NCBI GenBank assembly: GCA_964582365.1
Contig: CAZOQV010000001.1
Span: 12,712-76,711, forward strand
DNA from: an uncultured Gammaproteobacteria bacterium
Lineage (GTDB): Bacteria > Patescibacteriota > Microgenomatia > UBA12405
Direction of reading: 5' to 3'
DNA: 64,000 bases
The notes below the pieces were generated by a model. It worked only from the letters and a program-made list of their open reading frames with translations. It did no database searches and was not told the DNA's origin. Below, piece after piece: positions 57,749-64,000 of this stretch; the stretch's first letter is position 1, and every line of letters starts with the position of its first letter. A program made the position numbers and the translations under genes.

Positions 57749-59956
57749 ATGAAAATGTATACAAAAGATATTTTAGTGGGCGACAAAAAAATTACCCTTT
57801 CAACAGGAAAAATCGCTCCTCAAACCAATGCCTCTGTCGTGGCTCAATACGGCAACACCACTGTTTTAGCCACAGTTTTAATGGGTAAAACCGATGAATC
57901 AAAAGATTATTTTCCTTTATCGATCGAATTTCAAGACAAACTTTACGCTGGTGGTATTGTCAAAGGTAGTAAGTGGATGAAGCGAGAAGGTGGTCCTTCA
58001 GACACAGCAGTTCTTTCCGGCCGAATTATTGATAGATCTTTACGTCCTCTTTTCCCAGCTGATTTTTTAAACGAAGTTCAAATTATCGTTACTGTTTTAA
58101 GTAACGATAAAAATAATGATACTGTTATTCCAGCTTTTACCGCTGCTGCTGCTGCCTTGGCTATTTCTGACATTCCTTTCAATGGTCCAGTTTCCGTCGT
58201 TCGCGTTGGTTTAATCAATGAAAAATTAGTTTTAAACCCATCAACCGAAGAATTATTAAATTCTTCCATGGATCTTTTAGTTTGCACTGGCCCTGCTGGT
58301 GTCAATATGATTGAATGCGATGCCAACATTGTTTCCAACGATATTGCTTTAAAAGCCATAGAGTTGGCTAAAACTACTGGTGATGAAATTAATAAAGAAA
58401 TTACTGCTTGGGTCAAAGAATGTGGTAAAGAAAAATTAAAATATGAATCCGCTGGCCCATCTGCTGAATTAATCACTGAAATCGAATCTAAAATTAAAAA
58501 AGATGTTGAATCATTTTTAGAAGCTGGTGTTGATGGTGGTCACATGATTGGTCAAGAAAAAATCACTGATCGAATTTTAGAAGAATATAAAGCTAAAATT
58601 AAATCAGAAGAAGTTTCTAAAAATCATGTCGTCGCGGCCGTTGATTCTATTGTTAGATCTGCTCTTAGAGTTAGAACTATTAAAGGTCTTCGTTATGATC
58701 ACCGAAAAATGGATGAAGTTCGTCCTTTAATTGTCGAAGCTGGTGTTTTACCATGTGTCCATGGTTCTGCATTTTTCCAAAGAGGTTTAACTCAAGCCAT
58801 TACTGTCACCGCTCTTGCTCCTTTAGCCGACAAACAATATCTCGAAGATTCTAGTGGTGAAACCACCAAGAGATATATCCACTATTATTCTGCCGCTCCT
58901 TACTCAACTGGTCAAACCGGTCGTGTTGGTCGCCCAGGTCGTCGTGAAATTGGTCATGGTGCCCTAGCTGAAAAAGCTCTACTTCCAGTTATTCCTTCAG
59001 AAGAAGAATTTCCCTACACTATTGTTTTAACTTCCGAAATTATGTCTCAAAACGGATCATCTTCTATGGCTTCAACTTGTGGATCCACCATGTCTTTAAT
59101 GGACGCTGGTGTTCCTATTAAAGATAAAGTCGCTGGAATTTCCATCGGTCTTATGGCTGAAACTGATGATAAATATGTTTTATTAACTGATATTGCCGGT
59201 ATTGAAGACCACGATGGTGATATGGATTTCAAAATTACTGGTACTCGAAACGGTATTACTGCCATTCAATTAGACATCAAAAGAGAAGGTATTACTTTAC
59301 CTATGATTTCCGATACTTTTGTCGCTTCAACTAAAGCTCGACTTCAAATTTTAGACAAAATGGAAGCCACTTTAGCTGCTCCTCGTGCTGAATTATCTGA
59401 ATTTGCTCCAAAAATTAAAATGGTTGCTTTACCAGAAGACAAAATTGGCGAAGTAATTGGCAGTGGTGGCAAAACCATCAAAGCCTTAATGGAAAAATAT
59501 CAAGTTCAAATTGATATTGATGATAATGGTAAAGCTTCAATTTCTGCCCAAAATCAGGAAAATATTGATAATGCTGCTTATGAAATCGAATCCATGATTA
59601 AAGAAGTTCAAATTGGTGAAGATTACGAAGGTGTGGTTACTCGAGTTGAAAACTTTGGTGCTTTTGTTGAACTCTTACCAGGTCGAGAAGCCTTGCTTCA
59701 TGTTTCTGAAATGACAGGTGGATTTTTATCCGATCCTTCAACTATTATTAAAGTTGGTGATCGTTTAAATGTCAAAATCTCTGGATTTAACGACAATCAT
59801 CAAATTAAATTATCATCTCCTGAATTCAAAGCTGCTCATCCGGGTCAACCCAGAGAAGAAGGCCAAGGTCAAGATAATCGAACCGGTGGTTTCCGAAATT
59901 TCACTCCACCTCGTCGAGACGATAACCGCAATGGCGGTTTCCGCCCTCGAAGATAA
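57749..59956 (+). CDS. pnp: Polyribonucleotide nucleotidyltransferase
   Basis: IDRSLRPLF, RREIGHG.LA, NGSSSMAS, DMDFK, KH and S1 domains. Confidence 0.97.
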   Translation: MKMYTKDILVGDKKITLSTGKIAPQTNASVVAQYGNTTVLATVLMGKTDESKDYFPLSIEFQDKLYAGGIVKGSKWMKREGGPSDTAVLSGRIIDRSLRPLFPADFLNEVQIIVTVLSNDKNNDTVIPAFTAAAAALAISDIPFNGPVSVVRVGLINEKLVLNPSTEELLNSSMDLLVCTGPAGVNMIECDANIVSNDIALKAIELAKTTGDEINKEITAWVKECGKEKLKYESAGPSAELITEIESKIKKDVESFLEAGVDGGHMIGQEKITDRILEEYKAKIKSEEVSKNHVVAAVDSIVRSALRVRTIKGLRYDHRKMDEVRPLIVEAGVLPCVHGSAFFQRGLTQAITVTALAPLADKQYLEDSSGETTKRYIHYYSAAPYSTGQTGRVGRPGRREIGHGALAEKALLPVIPSEEEFPYTIVLTSEIMSQNGSSSMASTCGSTMSLMDAGVPIKDKVAGISIGLMAETDDKYVLLTDIAGIEDHDGDMDFKITGTRNGITAIQLDIKREGITLPMISDTFVASTKARLQILDKMEATLAAPRAELSEFAPKIKMVALPEDKIGEVIGSGGKTIKALMEKYQVQIDIDDNGKASISAQNQENIDNAAYEIESMIKEVQIGEDYEGVVTRVENFGAFVELLPGREALLHVSEMTGGFLSDPSTIIKVGDRLNVKISGFNDNHQIKLSSPEFKAAHPGQPREEGQGQDNRTGGFRNFTPPRRDDNRNGGFRPRR

Positions 59957-59994
59957 TCTAAGCAATTGGTTCTAAATTCTTGTATAATTTTTTA

Positions 59995-61056
59995 ATGACT
60001 GAAAATTTGTTAACCACTCAAGAGGCGATTAAACGTCTAACTGATAAAGTTGCCTCCGTCAAGGTTCCTGAAAATTTAGCGTCTAAATTACAGGAGCTTT
60101 TTATGCAATTAGAAATCAATGCTCAAAATGAAATGTCTTTTTGGTCAAGTTATTACAACATTTCTAAATACATTGATTGGGTCATTTCCGTTCCTTGGTT
60201 TAATCAAACTAAAGACATTTTAGATTTAAATTATGCCAAACAAAAACTTGATGAAGAACATTTTGGTTTAGACACCATCAAAGAGAGACTCATGGAATAT
60301 ATTTCCGTCATGTCTCTTCAAAAAATGCGTAATCCAAGTGAATCAGTTCATGCCCCTGTTCTTTTGTTTGTTGGTTTAGTTGGTACTGGTAAAACCACCA
60401 TGGCCAAATCTATTGCTCAAGTTTTAGGTCGTGAAATCATCAGAATTCCTTTTGGTGGTTTAGGTGATGCTAATTATCTTCGTGGTCGTTCTCGAACCAA
60501 TCCTGATTCTGAGCCAGGTCAAATTATAAAAGGTTTGGTCAATTGTAAAAGTAATAATCCAGTTATTTTATTAGATGAAATTGACCGTGTGGCCGACGAT
60601 GCTCTCAACACCATCATGGGTGTTTTAGTTGAAATTCTTGACCCAGAACAGAATAATCATTTTACTGATCATTATTTAGACTATCCGGTTGATCTTTCTC
60701 AGGCCATTTTTTGTGCTACCTGTAACAACACTTCTCGTATTGCTACCGCTGTTATGGATCGTTTGGAAGTTATTCAAATGCCATCATATAATGACGACGA
60801 AAAAACTGCCATTGCCAGAGACTATCTCTTACCTCGAGCTTTGAAGAATAATGGTTTAACCGTAAATGATCTTCAAGTTTCAGATAATATGTGGTCACAA
60901 ATTGTCCGACCTCTTGGTTTCGACGCTGGTGTTCGTACTCTTCAACGTAATATTGAAGGTATGTGTCGCAAAGTTGCCAAAATTATTTTAGAAGGTAAAA
61001 TTCGACAAGTTGTCGTCGACGAATCTAACGTCAAAACTTTCTTACCTCAATGGTAA
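59995..61056 (+). CDS. Lon-type AAA+ ATPase module lacking the N-domain and the protease domain
   Basis: LDEEHFGL..IKER..EY, GLVGTGKT, NPVILLDEID, F.DHY, DRLEVI, GVR.L.R; stops immediately after the AAA lid. Confidence 0.85.
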   Translation: MTENLLTTQEAIKRLTDKVASVKVPENLASKLQELFMQLEINAQNEMSFWSSYYNISKYIDWVISVPWFNQTKDILDLNYAKQKLDEEHFGLDTIKERLMEYISVMSLQKMRNPSESVHAPVLLFVGLVGTGKTTMAKSIAQVLGREIIRIPFGGLGDANYLRGRSRTNPDSEPGQIIKGLVNCKSNNPVILLDEIDRVADDALNTIMGVLVEILDPEQNNHFTDHYLDYPVDLSQAIFCATCNNTSRIATAVMDRLEVIQMPSYNDDEKTAIARDYLLPRALKNNGLTVNDLQVSDNMWSQIVRPLGFDAGVRTLQRNIEGMCRKVAKIILEGKIRQVVVDESNVKTFLPQW

Positions 61057-61184
61057 TTTTAAAAAGATACTTAAGCGATTTTTTAGGTAAAATTAATTAA
61101 GAAAAAGTTATTAGTTCTGAACATATTTGTGGTTCGTTGTTCAGACATTTATTATTATTTATATTTATAATCACAAAAAAAATT

Positions 61185-62930
61185 ATGTTAAATCAAAAAA
61201 CAAAAATTATTAATGCTCCAAATCAGGTCCGAGAATATCATTCCGGCACTGATTCTGTCCGAATCAGTTCACTTGGTGGGTTCGGTGACGTCACTCAGAA
61301 TATGTTCGTTTACGAATTTATTCCCAGTGGTGATGTTTCCAAAAGCCAAATTATTATAGTCGATTGTGGCGTCGGTTTTCCTGAAGAAGATGCTTTTGGC
61401 GTCGATCTTCAAATTCCCGACACTCATTATCTTCAAGATAAAAAAGACCGAATTTTAGGCATATTTATTACTCATGGTCACGAAGACCATATCGGTGCTG
61501 TCCGTTTTATTCTGCCTATTTTAGGTCAAAATATTCCGGTTTATGCCCCAAAGCTTGCCGCTGCTTTTATTGAAGCCAGATTGGCCGAAAGCAATGTTCG
61601 TGCTAATCTTCAAACTTACGACAATCTAACTCCGCCAATTACTAAAGGCGTTTTTACTATTGACCCAATTCGTCTTACTCATTCTATTCCTGACACTTTT
61701 CACTTCGCCATTACCACTCCCATAGGTATTTTTTATCACGGTTCTGATTTTAAGTTTGATCTTTTCCCTCTTGATGGTAAAGGTGCTGATTATTCCCATA
61801 TTGCTCGTGTCGGTCAAACTGGAAAAGTTATTGCCTTAATGTCAGATAGTTTAGGTTCTGATCATGAAGGTTGGTCTCCATCTGAAAGTTCTATTGCTCA
61901 AAATTTCAAACAAGAAATTATTTCGGCTAAAGGGCGTGTTTTTGTTACTTCAATCTCCAGTAACATTATTCGTTGGACTCAAGCCATTGAATACGGCAAA
62001 AGTGTCGGTCGAAAAATAGTTATCGTTGGCTTTTCCGTTGATCGAGCCATCAGTATTGCCAAAGATTTGGGTTATGTAAATCTAGCCGATTCTGATATTA
62101 TTCCTATCGAACGAGTTAAAAACTTTTCTGAAAATAAACTTATGTTTTTAGTTGCTGGTTTTGCCGGTCAACCAGATTCTGCTCTAAGCAAAATGGTTAT
62201 GGGCAAACATAAAGTTAAAATAAAATCCGGAGATAAGGTAATTTTTTCATCTCCAGATTATATCCCTGGCACCACTTCTAATATTTTCAGCATGATTGAT
62301 CTTTTATCAAAAATGGGGGCTGAAGTCGTCTACGGTGAAAAAGAAGAATTACATGTTTCTGGTCACGGATATCAAAAAGAACATGCTCTTTTAATTAATT
62401 TATTAAAACCAAAATATCTATTACCAATTGGTGGTAATTATCGTCATCTTAAAAGTTATCAACAGATGGCTAAAAAACTAGGTTACACTGAAGAACAGGT
62501 AATTTTACCTGATTTCGATGGTACAGCCACTTTTCATAATAATGGAACAGTTGACACTAATTATCATATTTCCATTAGAAAAGTTTTAATTGATGGATTT
62601 GGTGTTGGTGATGTCGGAACTACTGTTTTGCGTGATCGAAAAGTATTGGCTGAAGATGGTATGTTTTCGGTTGTTCTTTTAGTTGAAAAAATATCTGGTC
62701 AATTAACTAAACCGCCAGTAGTTCTCAGTCGAGGTTTTGTTTTTATGAAAGAAAACACCGAGCTGATCGATTATTTAAAACTTGAAATTACTAATAAATT
62801 TAATCAAGCCACCAGTTCTCCGGCCAATATGGATTTCATTCGTGAAGAAGTTCAGGCTTATGTCGAGGAAATTATCTACAAAAAAACCGGCCGCCAACCC
62901 ATGGTCTTGCCGTTGGTGATTGAGGTTTAA
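61185..62930 (+). CDS. rnj: Ribonuclease J
   Basis: LGG..V..NM, THGHEDHIG, HSIPD, DFKFD, HVSGH. Start moved to ATG 61185. Confidence 0.95.
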   Translation: MLNQKTKIINAPNQVREYHSGTDSVRISSLGGFGDVTQNMFVYEFIPSGDVSKSQIIIVDCGVGFPEEDAFGVDLQIPDTHYLQDKKDRILGIFITHGHEDHIGAVRFILPILGQNIPVYAPKLAAAFIEARLAESNVRANLQTYDNLTPPITKGVFTIDPIRLTHSIPDTFHFAITTPIGIFYHGSDFKFDLFPLDGKGADYSHIARVGQTGKVIALMSDSLGSDHEGWSPSESSIAQNFKQEIISAKGRVFVTSISSNIIRWTQAIEYGKSVGRKIVIVGFSVDRAISIAKDLGYVNLADSDIIPIERVKNFSENKLMFLVAGFAGQPDSALSKMVMGKHKVKIKSGDKVIFSSPDYIPGTTSNIFSMIDLLSKMGAEVVYGEKEELHVSGHGYQKEHALLINLLKPKYLLPIGGNYRHLKSYQQMAKKLGYTEEQVILPDFDGTATFHNNGTVDTNYHISIRKVLIDGFGVGDVGTTVLRDRKVLAEDGMFSVVLLVEKISGQLTKPPVVLSRGFVFMKENTELIDYLKLEITNKFNQATSSPANMDFIREEVQAYVEEIIYKKTGRQPMVLPLVIEV

Positions 62931-62940
62931 ACTTTTTCTA

Positions 62941-62972
62941 TTGTAGAGACGCGATTAATCGCGTCTCTACAA
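62941..62972. repeat. GTAG-type REP, perfect 32-bp palindrome flanking the RAYT gene
   Basis: ttgtagagacgcgatt|aatcgcgtctctacaa. Confidence 0.9.
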
Positions 62973-63013
62973 ATTTAAATTTATTTTTTTAACTTTTCTT
63001 GCCATAATTATTT

Positions 63014-63586
63014 ATGGTAATTGTAAATAATCCAACCAAATTTGCCGACAAATTTAAACTAAAATCATCTCGTCTAACCAGTTGGGATTATTCCACCCCT
63101 GGATATTATTTCATCACCATCTGTACTCTTAATCATAATAATTTCTTTGGAAAAATTATTAATAATAAAATAATTTATTCAAAACGTGGTGAAATTGCTA
63201 AATCTGAATTATTAAAAACATTCGAAATTAGAAAAAATATTAAATTACACGAATGGATTATTATACCTAATCATGTTCATATTTTAATGGAAATAAAATA
63301 TCAAAATTATCAACTAAATAGATGTAGAGACGTTCCGCAGAACGTCTCTACAGAATCGAAAAAGTTTTCAGTTATTTCTCCTAGATCAAATTCTATTTCA
63401 AATATTATTAAACAATTCAAATCCGCCGTTACAAGGCAAATCAATCCCCAAACCATATTTTTTGGATGGCAACCCCGTTTCCACGATGAAATCATTAAAG
63501 ATGAAAAAAAATTATTAATAGTCAAAGAATATATTAAAAATAATATTATAAATTGGAACAAGGATAAATATTTTATAAAATCATAA
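63014..63586 (+). mobile_element. REP-associated tyrosine transposase (RAYT/TnpA-REP, Y1 HUH family)
   Basis: RL..WDYS.PG.YFITICT, PNHVH (HUH), FKS, WQ.RFHD.II, YI.NN catalytic Tyr; REP immediately upstream. Confidence 0.9.
63323..63352. repeat. REP copy inside the RAYT coding sequence
   Basis: tgtagagacgttc-cgca-gaacgtctctaca, read in frame as CRDVPQNVST. Confidence 0.85.
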
Positions 63587-63600
63587 GCTATAATAAAGCC

Positions 63601-64000
63601 ATGAGATACTCACAACTTTTCGGTAAAACCAGTAAAACTGTTGCTTCTGATGCTGACAGTATTAATGCTAAATTGTTAACACAAGGCGGTTTCGTTCAAA
63701 AAGAAATTTCTGGTGTTTATAATTATTTACCCTTAGGTATCAGAGTTTTAACAAAAATTCAAAACATTGTTCGTGAAGAAATGAATAAAATTGGAGGGCA
63801 AGAAATATTAATGCCTGCCATGACTCAAGAAGAAAATTGGGAAATCACTGAAAGAAACTCTATGGATGTTCTTTTTCATTTAAAAGGACAAGGTGATACT
63901 AGCTTAGTTTTAAACCCTACTCACGAAGAAGTTGTCACTCCTTTAGCTCAAAAATATCTTTTTTCTTATCGAGATTTACCAGTTGCTGTTTATCAAATTC
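63601..64000 (+). CDS. proS: Proline--tRNA ligase, 5' part (runs off the window; not in ORF track)
   Basis: Manual translation MRYSQLFGKT..LLTQGGFV..SGVYNYLPLG.RVL.KI..IVREEM..GGQEILMP..LNPTHEEVVT..SYRDLP. Confidence 0.93.
   Translation, partial: MRYSQLFGKTSKTVASDADSINAKLLTQGGFVQKEISGVYNYLPLGIRVLTKIQNIVREEMNKIGGQEILMPAMTQEENWEITERNSMDVLFHLKGQGDTSLVLNPTHEEVVTPLAQKYLFSYRDLPVAVYQI

Noticed and set aside
1-64000. Alternative genetic code (TGA readthrough, as in some CPR lineages)
   Set aside because: TGA ends conserved genes at expected positions (korA, map, gatA) and long ORFs are intact under code 11.

Overview
AT-rich bacterial chromosomal segment read with the standard code (TGA is used as stop). 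The minimal, unoperonic gene mix and shortened proteins suggest a Patescibacteria/CPR (Microgenomates-like) genome; this is an inference. From left to right it holds: a three-gene surface-protein locus (5'-truncated repeat adhesin with a 7-blade FG-GAP propeller, a paralogous secreted subunit, and a DUF916-like/SH3 membrane protein); 2-oxoacid:ferredoxin oxidoreductase alpha/beta; a Gig1/DUF3605-like protein; an IMPDH/GMPR-family enzyme; map, folD, tatD, metG, rpsT, murJ; pilN/O-like genes; an LPXTG-like protein; a lipid-linked sugar/GT-C glycosylation cluster (UbiA phosphoribosyltransferase, two GT-C, epimerase, PAP2, DUF2298); two UvrD helicases; femX-like; gatCAB; dut; rmuC; hrcA-grpE-dnaK-dnaJ with a CIRCE-like operator; nusA-infB-(dead DHH)-rpsO-pnp; a protease-less Lon AAA+ module; rnj; a REP-associated tyrosine transposase with three GTAG REP palindromes; and a partial proS. 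Most notable: the candidate polyprenyl-phospho-pentose glycosylation system, the WxL-like surface complex, -10 boxes 5-7 nt before many start codons (leaderless architecture), and short palindromes/heptamer arrays apparently inserted in frame in genes. No rRNA, tRNA, CRISPR array or reverse transcriptase was recognised. All family assignments are from motif recognition by eye, not database searches.
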